A program made the translations under genes and the position numbers. The notes under the pieces are model-generated. The model was not told where the DNA came from. It saw only the letters and a program-made list of their open reading frames with translations, and ran no database searches. Below, in pieces: positions 1 to 12,545 of a stretch of 60,494 bases of DNA (position 1 is its first letter; each line of letters opens with the position of its first letter). This DNA is from Hemiscyllium ocellatum (lineage: Eukaryota), in contig NC_083409.1 of the NCBI RefSeq assembly GCF_020745735.1, positions 17,236,619-17,297,112 on the forward strand, in the 5' to 3' direction.

Positions 1-344
1 TGAGATGGCCCAGGGGCTACAGAATATGACAGCAGAAGTTGGAACCAGTTTATCATTGACTGTCCCCCCAGCCATGACTCCCAGACTGAACATTCTCAAT
101 CTGACCCCAGGGGCAATTCCATCTGATTTGAAGAGTAAAGAAAACCCAGGTCTAATTTATGGAATATTTATTACCCAAACCCTGTGGAATTGTTATTTTG
201 AGTTCCAAGATTCTGCTGATCGTATTGATCAATAGAGTGTCCCCAGTGACCCTGATCTGATTTGCTTGGCTCAGGATCTTGCTGTCCCTGATGGATGGGA
301 TGGTGTGGAGGGGGAATTGTGATCAGAATATTTTGTATCAGGGA

Positions 345-470
345 TGGATAAAGTTAGTATAGTGGGTGACATGGTGGCTCAGTGGTTAGCACTGCTACCT
401 CATAGTGCCAGGGACCTGGGTTCGATCCTCGTCTCAGGCGAATGTCTATGTGGATTTTGCACATTCTCTC
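345..470 (+). mobile_element. HE1-like SINE, 5' fragment
   Basis: ggtggctcagtggttagcactgct...gggttcgatcc: tRNA-derived A/B boxes. Confidence 0.75.
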
Positions 471-797
471 CAAATACAAATCAAATGCTGTTTGGAATAT
501 TTACTTTGCAAACCCTGTGGTATTGTTATTCTGGGTAGTAAGATCCTGCTGGTCAAATTGATCAATAAAATGCGAACTGAACTGCTTGGCTCGGGATCTT
601 GCTGTGCTGAAAGAATGTGTTGGTGTTCAGGGGAATTCCCATCAGATTATTGTGTTCCCCATTACCCCCTCTATTCTCCCCTTCCTGCTCCATACCTGGG
701 GGTGGGGTGGAGCTTTTCACTTCGTACACCTATCCCTGAGGACTCAGCTCTGGCCATTCCCAAAGCACACAGACACAGAGACTGAATCTTCTTCATC

Positions 798-803
798 TTT
801 ATT
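798..803 (-). terminator. PolyA signal AATAAA of cluster 1
   Basis: tttatt at 798-803, ~530 nt past the C stop and followed by a GT-rich tract. Conserved in the other arm (55893-55898). Confidence 0.75.
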
Positions 804-1330
804 CCCTTTTCCAGATTGACATTGACAGAAAACAGTCAGCAATTAACAGCCCAGACAGAGGAAGCTGCTCAAATTCACAGCCACATTGGAGCTTGAGGAA
901 AACACTTGTGGGGATTTTCTCAATAACATGAGAATCCTGTCCCTTTAAACAGTGACAAAACCTTAAATTGGAACTGGCGGCTGAGCAGAAAGGAGGTCTG
1001 TTTTACTGAAACAGAGACGTTTGAGGTTCACATTGTTTTTGCACAGCTAACAGTCTTTAGCATCTTCGAGAGGTTATACTTGACATCGCAAGTTAACACT
1101 GTCCCCATCAAACACATCCAGGTCAGGGAAGGCATGGGGCTAGATAAAGAGTAAAGTTTTCTCTACACTATCCCAATGACCTGCCTTAACCCCTGAAGCT
1201 CAGAAGTGTCTCTGAGCCAGTCCTCAGAAGGAAGAGAGTTGAAATTCAGTGCTGACAATGACCTTTGACCTGCCAGCTCAGCCCTGTTCTATTTAAAGTT
1301 GTGTCTCCTCTGTGGACTGTCTCCAACACT

Positions 1331-1659
1331 CTACACACATTCTGATCTCCTGATGCTCTTGCTGAGGGGAGAGGGGAGGGTCACATGGGTGAGGGCACAG
1401 GAGAAGCGAGCGTTGGACTCCCAGTCAGGCCCAGAGAGGGTCAGCAGGCTGCTGACACTGTAGGTGCTGTCCGAAGCTCGCAGGTAGTTGCTGGTCTGAA
1501 CCCCGTCCGAAATGACTGCACCGTCCTTCTTCCACTGCACCTCCAGCTCATCGGGATAGAAGTGATTGGCAAGGCACACCAGGGTGGCAGTGCCCTTGGC
1601 ATTAATCTGCTCCAGGGAGGGGGGCAGCAGGGTCAGCTTGGGCTGAGAGTTGTCACGGA
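1331..1659 (-). CDS. IGKC: Ig kappa-type (type III/NS4-like) light chain constant exon, cluster 1, intact
   Basis: Acceptor ...ttgtctttcAG at 1660-1661, then phase-1 exon (x)TC-RDNSQPKLTLLPPSLEQINAKGTATLVCLANHFYPDELEVQWKKDG...RFSCALTH...RSECV*. Both intradomain Cys, the Trp and the terminal interchain Cys are present. Stop at 1331-1333. Confidence 0.97.
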
Positions 1660-2789
1660 CTGAAAGACAAAAGAAACAATTTTAATCCCTGCCTTTTGAA
1701 GGGAATTCAACACTCACAATATTCACTGGCAATACAATCTTTTTGAACATTCTTAGTCAATACAGAATAAACCCAACAAATGAACAGACACTGTTCAAAT
1801 TGCTTCTTGCGATCTGAGTGTCACTGGCAGGGCCAGCATTCATTACCGTCCCTAGGTGTCCCTGAGAAGGTGATGGTGAAGCAGCAGAGAGAGAAGGGAC
1901 AGTTTTGGACCATTGGTTATGGAATGAATGTGGGCAGCTGGAAGGGCTATCGATGGGGAAGCACTTTAGTGACAGCGATCAGAACTCAGTGAGATTGAGA
2001 GGAGGGATGGAAATGGAGAACCATGGAGCAAGTGTAAAAGTTTTCATTTTACTAAACTGTGTGGTGCTTTGGTAAAAGTGGATCGGAACCAATGGCATGA
2101 TGGGAAATCAGTGTCAGGGCAGTGGGAGCCCTCGAAGGATGAGACAGACTGTTCCGAATCTGTTCCCACAATGAGTAAGGGTGGGACTCCCACATCTAGA
2201 CCAAAGAAACAAGAGGATTGGGGTTCACGTACTGACATGGATTGGGAACTGGTTGGCAGGCAGCACAGAAAGAATGAGTCTTTTTCTGAATGGCAGGTAA
2301 TAACAACTTAGGGTGCCACAGGGTCAGTCCTTGGTACCCAGTTATTCATAATAAATAACAATAGAGTCATAGGGGCCCAAAAGACCCATCATCCCATTGT
2401 GTCCATACTGGTCAAAAAACAACAACCCAATAATTGTCATCCATTTTTCCAGCAAAAGGGAATTAGATGCAATGTGTATTTAAGAAGGAATTAGATACAG
2501 TTCTTAGGATTAAAGGGATCAAAGAATGTGGAGAGAAAGTAGGAACAGGGGACTGTGTTGGATGAACAGCCATGATCATATTGAAGGGTGGAGCAGGCTT
2601 CAAGGGCTGAATGGCCTACTGCTGCTCCTGTGTTTGATGTTTCTATCTGTTTCTCAGATAATGAAGGAATGTCTCTCATCATTTTGAAGCTGGAAGTCAG
2701 ATGTGTGTGGAGGTGGAAGATGTGGCCATGGTGATTAATGCAGGTCAGTAAGGTGGTTCAGAAGACACATGGGAGAAACTGTTTTACTT

Positions 2790-3125
2790 TTTCCCTTGAT
2801 GGAATGAGGGCATTGCTGGATCGGCAGCATTTATTGCCCATCCCTAATCACCCAGAGGGCAGTTTAGAGTCACCCACATTGCTGTGGGTCTGGGGTCACA
2901 TGGTAAGGATGGCAGTTTTCTTCCCTAAAGGACATAAGGGAATCAGATGCTTTTCCTGACAATCAATGATGGTTTCATGGTCATCATTAGTCTCTTAATT
3001 CCAGATTTTGTTTTGATTGAATTTGAATGCCACCATCTGCTGGATTCTAACCCTGGTCCCCAGAACATTACCTGGATCTCTGGATTAACAGCTCAGCAAT
3101 AACACCATTAGACCATCACCTCCCT
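2790..3125 (+). mobile_element. SINE-like repeat (a second, partial copy starts at ~1805)
   Basis: Same sequence mirrored at ~54610-54920. Related text also at ~16835. Confidence 0.6.
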
Positions 3126-3179
3126 TATCTCATTTTTGGTTGACTGTGAAAGCAAGAAGTTTGTTTATTCTGGAACTGT

Positions 3180-3660
3180 ATAAAACCCCAGTTAGAGCAC
3201 AGTGAGAGAACTGTGTACGGTTCTGGTCACCACGTTACAGGAAGGATGTGATTCCATTAGAGATGGGGACAGAGGAGGAGTTTGTCTGGAATGGGGACTT
3301 TGAGCTTTGCGGAATGATTGGATTGGCTGGGACTGTTTTCTTTGGAACACAGGAGGCTGAGGGGAGATTTGGTGGTGGTGTGTAAAATGATGAGGGGCCT
3401 GGACAGAGTAGGTAGGAAGGACTGATTTCCACCAACACAGAGGACAATAACCCTGGGGAGAGATTGAAATCAGTTGGGGCAGGATTAGAGAGGAGTTGAG
3501 GGTATTTGTTTTCACCCAGAGCTTGGTGGGATGTGGGACTCACTGTCTGAAAGGGTGGGAGAGGCAGAAACCCTCATCAAATTGAAAAAACACTTAGATG
3601 TTCACTTGAAACAGCAAAACTTCCAGAGCTATGGAGCAAGAGCTGGAAAGTGGGATGGAG
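3180..3660 (+). mobile_element. CR1-like LINE 3' fragment
   Basis: Decayed RT C-terminus (LEYCVQFWSP-like) and 3'UTR shared with other copies. Confidence 0.65.
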
Positions 3661-4189
3661 CGTGATATCTCTTTAACAAACCTCTGATTACCCACAGATC
3701 AGGAGAACTTTATTCAAGAACATTGGAGCAGACTCGGATCCACACACGTCAGGAAAGAATCACGTTGGGGTGTCTGTGTAGAAGATTCCAGATGATATTT
3801 CAAACCTTGCTGCACACTATTGGGCTGAGGTCAAGGGTGAGGCTGCAAAGAGTCTCAGTGTCCTAGAGTCAGACAGGGTCACTGCTCCTAATGACCCCAT
3901 GACTCCTGGAAGGTGAGAGTGCGCAGACAATGGATGAGGATCCTGATCAGGAGACTCCAACCTTCAAGAAAGACTTGCACTTGTGTAGCACCTGTCCCCA
4001 ACTCAGGATGTCCCACTGGATGTTTCCAGCAGACTGTGCACAGCGAGATCCCAAACCCCATGTGATAATTAGCAGAGAAATACATTCTGAGTGATTTTGA
4101 CTGGGGGATAAATATTGACCAGGGACACCAGGGGGAACTGCCTGCTCTTCATCCAATAGTGCCATGGAATGGCATCTTTCACAACTGAA

Positions 4190-4895
4190 AGACTCTCAGT
4201 TATTCCAAAAAATGAAGAATAGTTCCTTGAAGATGAAGTTGCAGGTACATAGGGAAGTGACAAAGTTATTTGGTTTGCTTTCCTTTACTTGTCAGTGCAT
4301 TGGGTATTGGAGTTGGGAGCTGTTGCGGCTGTACAGGACATTGGTTAGGGCACTTTTGGATTACTGTGTGCAATTCAGTTCTCCTTGCTGTAGGAAAAAT
4401 GTTGCGAATCTTAAAATGATTTACAAGGATGTTGCCAAGGTTGGAGGGTTTGCATGAAAAGGAGAGGCTGAATAGGCTGAGGCTGTTTTTCCTGGATCAT
4501 TGCAGGTTGATGGGTGACCGTATAGAGGTTTATAAAATCATGAGCGGCATAGATAAGGTGAATAGAGAAGATTTTTTCTCCAGAGTTGGGGAGTCCAGAA
4601 CTGGAGGGCATAGGCTGAAGGTGACAGGGGAAAGATTTAAAAGGGACCTAAGGGACAACGTTTTCATTCAGAGGGTGTTAAATGTATGGAATGAGCTGCC
4701 AGAGGAGGTGGTGAAGGCTGGTACAATTACAACATTTAAAAGACATGGGTATGTAAATAGGAAGATGTTAGAGGGATATGGGCCAAATGCTGGCAAGTGG
4801 GACTAGATTAATTTCGGATATCTGGTCAGCATGGACGAGTTGGACCGAAGGATCTGATTCTGTGCTGTCCATCTCTCTGACTCTAATTGTATTTC
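4190..4895 (+). mobile_element. CR1-like LINE 3' end
   Basis: ORFs 4164 and 4429 (LYRTLVR..LDYCVQF; RLRLF..GDRIEVYKIM) are typical CR1 ORF2 C-terminus. Confidence 0.85.
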
Positions 4896-5489
4896 AATCC
4901 AGCCCTTAACACATCAGGCTCTCCCAAAGACATTTACAGACAGTTTTGTTTGACAAACAGTCACTGTTGCAATGTCAGTAACGTGGCAGCTGGTTTCTGC
5001 ACAGCAAGATCCCACTAGAAGCAATGAGATCAAAGAGCAATAATGATGTTGGCTCAACGATAACTATTGGCCTGAACTCAACCCAAAGAGAAAGGAATTT
5101 GGTTCAGTTGGATGGAAAATGAGAAAATGGAAGGTAAAGGAGAAGGTAGGATTGCTGGTTAGTGATGGGATTGATTGTTACCAGAAAATAAAAGAAAGGG
5201 ATGGAATTTTTGAATATCAAAGGGATCATAAAAGTGCAGGGAAAATCAACAATAGAACAAACTTAAAGAGTTTGTATCTAAATGCACAAAGCATTCTGAG
5301 TAAGGTTGACAAAGTGATGTCACAAATCCAGGTAAATTGAGTTTCCAAGGAATTTAAACTAGTTAAAGTTGAGGAGGGCTCAGGAAAGGTTATTCAAGTT
5401 TCTAGAAGATGTAAAAGGACAGAGAGTACAGAAAGGATCAGGAATCGAACATAAAGCACAGCAGATAAGAGGACAATGATGGGAAGGAG

Positions 5490-8020
5490 GGCAGTCAATG
5501 CAGGACTGAGGGTGTTGTACTTAAATGCACACAATATACACAATGGGCTGGTAGTGCAGATTGAAACTGGCAGGTACGATGTTGTGGGTATCACAGAGAC
5601 ATGGCTGTAAGGGAATTCGGGCTGGGAACTAAATATTCAAGGATGCATGTCCTATCAAAAGGACGGGCAGATGGGCAGAGGGGGAAGAGTTGTCTTGTTA
5701 GTGAGAAATGAAATTAAATCAATAGCAAGAAGTGATGTAGAGTTAGAAGGTGTAGAATCTGTGTGGGTAGAGCTGAGGAACTGCAATAAATAAAGAATCT
5801 GATGCAAGTTATGTCCAGGTCTCCAAGCAGTAATCAGGGTGTGGGGAAGGAAATCAGTCAGGAGACAGAAAATGTCAGGGCAGACTTCAATGGATCGGTG
5901 GACTGGGTAGTGTATCTCAAGGAAAGGATTTCATGGAATATCTATGAGACGGATTTTGGAGCAGCTTGTGCTTGAGCCATTATGGAACAGGCAGGTCTGG
6001 ATTCAGTGATGTGTATTGAGGCAAACATGATTAGTGAGTTTAAGGTGAAAGTATCCCTGTGGATAAGTGACCATAATACGATAGAATTCCCCCTGTAGTT
6101 TGAGAGGGAGAAGCTGCAATCAGATTGAACAGTATTTCAGTTGAGTAAAGGTAACTCAATGTGGTGGAGAATAGTGGGAAGCCGGAGGATTAGGAAGCCT
6201 TTAAAAACCTGCAGGGGATAACTGAAAAAGCATTAAGGGTGGAGAATGTGAAATGTGGGAGTTATCTAGCCAGTAATATAAAAGAAGATTGCAGGAGTTT
6301 TATCAGGTGTATAAAAAGGAAGAGGGAGTCAAAAATAGACTATGGATCACTGGAAAATGAGGCTAGAGAATGAATAACAGGAAATGAAGGAATAGCAGAG
6401 GAATTGAATAGATACTTTGCATCAGTCTGCATCATGGAAAACACCAGCAGTGTCCCAGTAATTCAAGACTGTCAGGGGTCGGAGCGGAGTGCAGTGGCCA
6501 TCACTAAGGAGGAGGTACTGGGGAAGCTGGAAGGTCTGAATGTGGATAACTCACCCAGACTGGATGAACTACACCAGTGTGTTCTGAAGGAGATCGCTGA
6601 GGAGATTGTGGAGGCATTGGTGATGATCGTTCAGGAATCAATGGAGTCAGGGTGTGGAGGTGAGATGGGGACGGATTTGGTGGGGGCAAGGGACAGGAAA
6701 ATGGCTCACATATCACCCCTGTTTAAGAAGGGAGGGAGGTAGAAGATGGGACATTATCAGCCAGTTAGCCAGGACTCAGTTGTTGGTAAGGTTTTAGACT
6801 TCAATTTAAGGATGAAATTGCAGAGGACTAGGAAGTGCAATGGCTTCATCAAGGAGATATCATGCCTGGCAAATCTGTTAGAATTCTTTGAGGAGGCAAT
6901 GAGCCAGTCAGACAAAGGAGAGTCTGAGGAAGTAATCTATTTGGATTTCCACAAGGCATTTGACATCAGACAAGCGCCCACAGTATTAGGGGCAATGTAG
7001 TGGCATGGATTGAAGACTGGCAGGTTGGCATAAAGCAGAGCGTGAGGAACAATGGCCAATGGTGACTAGTAGAGTTCTGCAGGTGTCAATGTTAGGGCCA
7101 TAACTATTCACGTTATACATGAACAATCTGGATGAAGGAAGTGAAGACATTGTTGCTAAGTTTGCAGGTGACATGAGATAGGTGGAGGGACAGGTAGTGT
7201 TGAGGAAGTGGGAAGGCTGTAAAAGCTCCTGGATAGGCTGGGAGAGTGGGCAAAGAAGTGGCAGATATAATACAATGTGTGACAGTGTGAGGGTATGCAC
7301 TTTGGGAGGAAGAAGAGATGCAAAGACTGTTTGCTAAATAAGGAAAGCCTTTGGAAATCTAAAGCACAAACCACATTCAGGTTTCCCTTCAGTTTAACAG
7401 GCTGGTCCAGTTTGTGCTTGGGTAGGCAAATGAAATGATAGCATTCATTTCAATAGGGCCAGAATACATGAGCAGAGATGTACTGCTGAGGCTGTGTAAG
7501 GCTCTGGTCAGACCACATTTGGAATATTGTGAGCAGATTTGGGACCCATAGTCTAAGAAACAATGTGCTGGTATTGGAGGGGTTTACAAAAATGATCCTG
7601 GGGATGAAGGGCTTGTCATATGAGGCGTGGTTGAGGACTCTGGGTCTGTACTCGACGGAGTTTAGAAGAATGATGAGGGATCTGATTGAAATTTGCAGAA
7701 TACTGATCGGTCTGGATAGAGTGGATGCAGGACAGACTCGGGAACCAAGGCACAGCCTCAGAATGACGGGCCGACCCTTTTGAGCTGAGGTGAGGAGGAA
7801 TTTGTACAGCCAGAAGGTGGCGTAACTGTGGAACTCATTGCTACAGAGGGCAGGGGAGGCCAAGTCACTGAGTGTATTTAAGACAGATATAGATAGGTTC
7901 GTGATTGTGAAGGGGATCGAACGTTCCTGTGGAGTAGGCAGGAGAATGGGGGTGAGAAGCATATCTGCCAAGATCAAATGGCAGAGCAGATTCAATGGGC
8001 TGAATGGCTGATTTCTGCTC
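5490..8020 (+). mobile_element. Decayed CR1-like LINE ORF2 (APE endonuclease + RT); mirror at ~51030-53200
   Basis: VLYLNAH...YDVVGITETW endonuclease start. RT motifs CLANLLEFFEE, YLDFHKAFD, KFAGD. Many stops and frameshifts. Confidence 0.85.
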
Positions 8021-10672
8021 CTATTTCTTAAAGACTTCTGGAGAGTTTCCCCAAAACCCTGGAACACTGAACCCACTGGACTGTGAGCCCTGCTGGAGCT
8101 GTTTGTCATCAGAACTTTGCCAAGAGACAACCAAAGAGTGGAGAGAGTGTGCATCCATGTCGGAATTTCAGTATGCTTCCCAGCTCCTGGAATACCATGA
8201 GTGCAGGAAGTGTAGTCAGTGACAGCAGTTGGAGCTCCGGGTTCGGAGCTTGAGCAGCAGCTGGTGTCAGTGCGGAGCGTCTGTGAGGCTGAGAGCTCCA
8301 TGGAGAGCACGTTTCTCGATGTGGTCACTCTGCAGCTTCAGAGTATGCAGGGAGACAGGGAATGGGGGAGGAGCAGACAGTCCAAAAGGATCAGGCAGCT
8401 AGTACAGGAATCCCCTGAGTGTATCCCACTCTCCAACCAGGATTTAGTTTGGAATCCTGATAAGAATGATGATTCATCTGGGGAGTGCAGCCAGAAGCAA
8501 GTCCATGGCACCATGGGGGGCTCAGCTGTATTGGGGGGCGGGTGTGTGTGGTGGGGGGGGGTGGTATACGGACGACTGGAAGAGTGATCGTGAAAGGAGA
8601 TTCAAGACTGAGGGCATCGATAGGTGTTTCTGCAGCTGCAGATGGGAATCCAGGATGGTGTGTTGTCTCCCTGGTGCCAGGGTCAAGGATGTCACTGAAC
8701 GGCTGCAGAGCACCCTGAGGGGAGAGGGGGAATAGGCAGCAGTCGTGGTCCACATCGGTCCCAGTGACAGAGGGAGAAAAGGGATATAATCCTGCAGTCA
8801 GAATTTAGGGAGCTCAGAAGGGAAATAACATCAGGAACTCAAAAGTAGGAATCTTCAGGTTACACTTGCCCCACGCAAGTGACAAGAGGAGCAGGAGGAT
8901 AACATAAGTGACTGTAGGGCTGGGAAGAGGATCCAGGAGGGAGGATTTTAGATTCTTGTGACATTGGGACTGGGTCTGGGGGAGATGGGACCTGGATAGA
9001 CCAGACAGCGTCGCTCCTGAACAGAACTGGCACTGAGCTCCTTTGAGGTGATCTACTCGTGCTGTTGGAGAGGGTTTAAACTAACTTGGCAGGGCTGTGG
9101 GAGCCAGGAGGGAATATCAGAGAGGAACACCAAGGTCCACAGAATCATCAGTGCAGTCAACAAGTCACCAACCAGTGGGAAGGATTTAGAGGAATACATT
9201 TGCAAGGAATTTACACAGACCTGCAAATATAATAGTCATTATAAATGGCGGGGGGGGGGTGGGAATGTCTTTAATGTCTGAATATAGACTGGGATAGTAG
9301 CAGTGTGAAGGACAGAGAGGTGCCAGAGTTGTGAGAGTGTGTTCATGTGAATTTTCTCCAGCCGCAGGTTTCCAGTCCAATGAGAAAGGAGGCTCTGCTA
9401 GATCTGGATCTTGGGAATGAGGAGGCCCAAGTGGATCAAGTGTCAGTGAGAGGACACTTAAGGAAGAGTGATCATTGTATCACAAAGTTGAGGGTGACGG
9501 TAGAAAAGAACAAAGGCCTTTTCAGGGTCAAACATCTTCACTGGGTAAAATGCCAGCTTCTATAGGATATGGATGTATCGGATCTGAATAAAATGGGATC
9601 AAAGGTTGGCAGGGAAATCCTGAAAAGAATAGTAGAGGATGTGGACCAGGTATATTCGAGATACATTTGAAGGAGGGCAAACAATTCCTGAACTTACTCA
9701 AGGGCAAAAGTGGTAGAATTATGGTAAATAAGAAAAGGGCAAAAGAGTAACTAGAGAGAGAATAGGGCCCCATGAAGATGAACAATGTACCTCTGGGTGG
9801 ATCCACAGGAAATGGTTTAGGTCTTAAATGAATATTCCAGGTCAGTATTTATCATGGAGAAAGACATGGAAATTTGGGAACTTGGGAAATAAATAGTAAT
9901 GTCTTGACACAGGTCCACATTACAGAAGAGGATTTCTTAAAGTGCAAGACGGTAGATAAATCTCCAGGACCTGATCAGGTGTATCCCAGGACATTGTGGA
10001 AAGCGAGGAGAGAGATTGCTGGACCGCTTGCTGAGGTATGTTTCTGATTGAAAGCCATGAGTGAGGTTCTGGAGAACAGAGAGGTTGGCTAATGTTAGCC
10101 ATTATTTAAGGAAAAGCCAGGGAACTATAAACCAGTGAGCCTGATGTCATTGCTGGGTAAGTTATTGGAGTGAGTTCTGAGGGACAGGATTTACATGCAT
10201 TTGGACAATCAATGCAGTTTTGTGCATGGTAATCGTGTCTCACTAACGTGATTGAGGTTGTTTGAAGAGAAGATTGATGTAGGCAAAATAGTAGACACTG
10301 TCTGCATGGACTTCAGCAAAGCATTTGACAAGGTTCCACATGATAGACTGATTAGTAAGATTAGGCCGCATGGGATCCAGGGGGAGCTAGCCATTTGGGT
10401 AAAAAAATGACTTCAAGATAGGAGACAGAGAGTGGTGGTAAGGGGTTGCTTTTCAGACTGGAGATCAGATGTCAGCTGTGTGCCACAAGGATTGGTGCTG
10501 GGTCCATGGCTTTTCATCATTTAAATAAATGATTTGGATGTGAATATAGGAATTATGGCGAGTTTGTAAATGATCCCAAAATTGGTGGTACAGTGGATAG
10601 TGAAGAAGCTTATCTGAGAGTACAGTGGGACCTTGATCATTTGGGGAAATGGGCAGAGGTGTGGCAAATGGA

Positions 10673-10884
10673 CAAAAGTGCAGACTGCAGATGCTGGAAA
10701 CCAGAGTTTAGATCAGAGTGGTGCTAGAAAAGCACATCATGTCAGGCAGCATCCGAGGAGCAGAAAAATCGACGTTTCGGCTAGAGGAATCCTGATGAAG
10801 GACTTTTGCCTGAAACGTCGATTTTCCTGCTCCTTGGATGTTGCCTGACCTGCTGTGCTTTTCCAGCACCACTCTGATCTAAAC
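10673..10884. mobile_element. Palindromic Penelope-end mini-element with 14-bp TSD
   Basis: Inverted arms 10706-10779/10811-10884. TSD gtgtggcaaatgga (10659-10672) / gtgtgacaaatgga (10885-10898). Empty site in the other arm at ~48381-48394. Confidence 0.85.
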
Positions 10885-11013
10885 GTGTGACAAATGGAGT
10901 TCAATTTAGATAAATGTGAGATGTTGCATTTTGGAAAGTCAAACCAGGGCAGGACTTGTACTGTTAATGGTGGGGCCCTGTGGGGTGTTGCTCAACAAAG
11001 TGACCTCAGGGTG

Positions 11014-11043
11014 CAGGGGCAGGGGCAGGGGCAGGGGCAGGGG
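11014..11043 (+). repeat. (CAGGGG)5 tandem repeat
   Basis: Five exact units, absent at the mirror position (~48260). Confidence 0.9.
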
Positions 11044-11719
11044 CATTATTCCTTGACAGTGGAGTCACAGGGAGACAGGGAGATGAAGAAGATGTTGAGT
11101 ACACTTGCCTTTATTGGTCACTGCACTAAGTATCAGAGTTGGGACATCATTTGCAGCTGTACAGGAAATTTGGGAATAATGTGAACAATTCTGATCATCC
11201 TGTGATAGGAAGGATGCTGTTAAACTTAAAATTCTGCAGAAAAGATTGACATGGATGTTGCCTGGAACTGGAGGGTTTGAGCTGTTGGAAGAGGCTCAAT
11301 AGACGGGTTATTTTTCCTGCAGGATCGGAGACTGAGAGGTGGCCTTATAGATGTTTATAAAATCATGACGGGCATGGACAGGGTGTACATCCCAGGTCTT
11401 TGCCTTGGGAAAGGGAAACCAAAACTAGAGGGTGTAGGTTTAAGATGAGAGGCAAAAGATCCAAAAGGGACCTGAGGGGTAACTTGTCACACAGAGGGTG
11501 GTGCGTGTCCGGATCGTGCTGTCAGAGAAAGTGCTGGAGACGGATAGAATTACAGCATTTAAAAGATGTTTGGATGGGTCCATGAATAGGAAGGGTTTAG
11601 AGGGATGTGGGCTAAATGCTGGCAAATGGGATGAGGTCAGTTTTGGATATCTAGTTAGCATGGAGAAGTTAGACTGAAAGATCTGTTTCCACGCTGTATG
11701 ACTCCGTGACCATTAGAGG

Positions 11720-12545
11720 CTGGAAAAGCTGAGATCTTTTACCCTGAAGTGCCGGAGGCTGAGGAGTGACCTTATAGGGGTTTATAAAATCATGAGGGAC
11801 ATAAATAATGTGAATAATGCAGGAAGGAGGTGAATGTTTTGTGGAGCTGGCAAACATATGCACAAAGATCATTCCAGGGATGAGGAATATCAGTTATAAA
11901 GATAGATTGGAGAATCTGGGACTGTCTTCTTTGGAGAAAGTTACAGATCACACAACATCAGGTTATAGTCCAACAGGTTAATGTGGAAGCACTAGCTTTT
12001 GGAGCGCCGCTGACAACCATTTGATGAAGGAGGGGCGCTCCGAAAGCTAGTGCTTCCGAATAAACCCCCTGTTGGACTATAACCTGGTGTTGTGTGATTT
12101 TTAACTATGTCCACCCCAGTCCAACACCGGCACCTTCAAGTCTTTGGAGAAGGCAGCGAGGAGAATTGTTCCAGAAATTCAAAATCAGGAGGGGCCTGGA
12201 ACAGAGTAAATAGGGAGAAAATGATTCCACTTGTGAAAGGATTGAGACCGAGAGGCCACAGATTGAAAGTAATTGGACTAGAAAGAAAAGTGAGATGAGG
12301 GAAAACATTTTCAGCCAGTGAGTGGTTAAGGTGTGGAATGCACTGCCTGAGAGTGTGGTGGAGGCAGCTTCAATTGAAACATTCCGAAGGGAATGAGACT
12401 GTTATCTGAAAAGGAACAATGTGCAGGGTGACAGGGAGAAGGCAGGAGAATGACACTCAGTGAATTGCTCATTCAGAGAGCTAGTCCAAACAGGATGGAC
12501 GGAATGGTCTCTTGTGCACTGTAAAAGTTCTGTGATTGTGTGATT
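11720..12545 (+). mobile_element. CR1/L2-like 3' fragments ending in a (gtgatt)n-like tail; mirror at ~46950-47560
   Basis: RT C-terminal text and tail ctgtgattgtgtgatt. Confidence 0.7.
11939..12140. mobile_element. Palindromic Penelope-end mini-element (family B) with 11-bp TSD
   Basis: Inverted arms around 12005-12030. TSD tctttggagaa at 11928-11938 and 12141-12151. Empty site at 47345-47355. Confidence 0.85.

Larger units (their letters stand above)
8150..11720 (+). mobile_element. Decayed CR1-like LINE with ORF1 (esterase-like) and ORF2 remnants; mirror at ~47560-51000
   Basis: CRKCSQ zinc-finger-like text and ESRMVCCLPGARVKDV..RLQSTLRGEGE (CR1 ORF1 SGNH-type region). Downstream RT text and 3'UTR. 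Confidence 0.8.
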
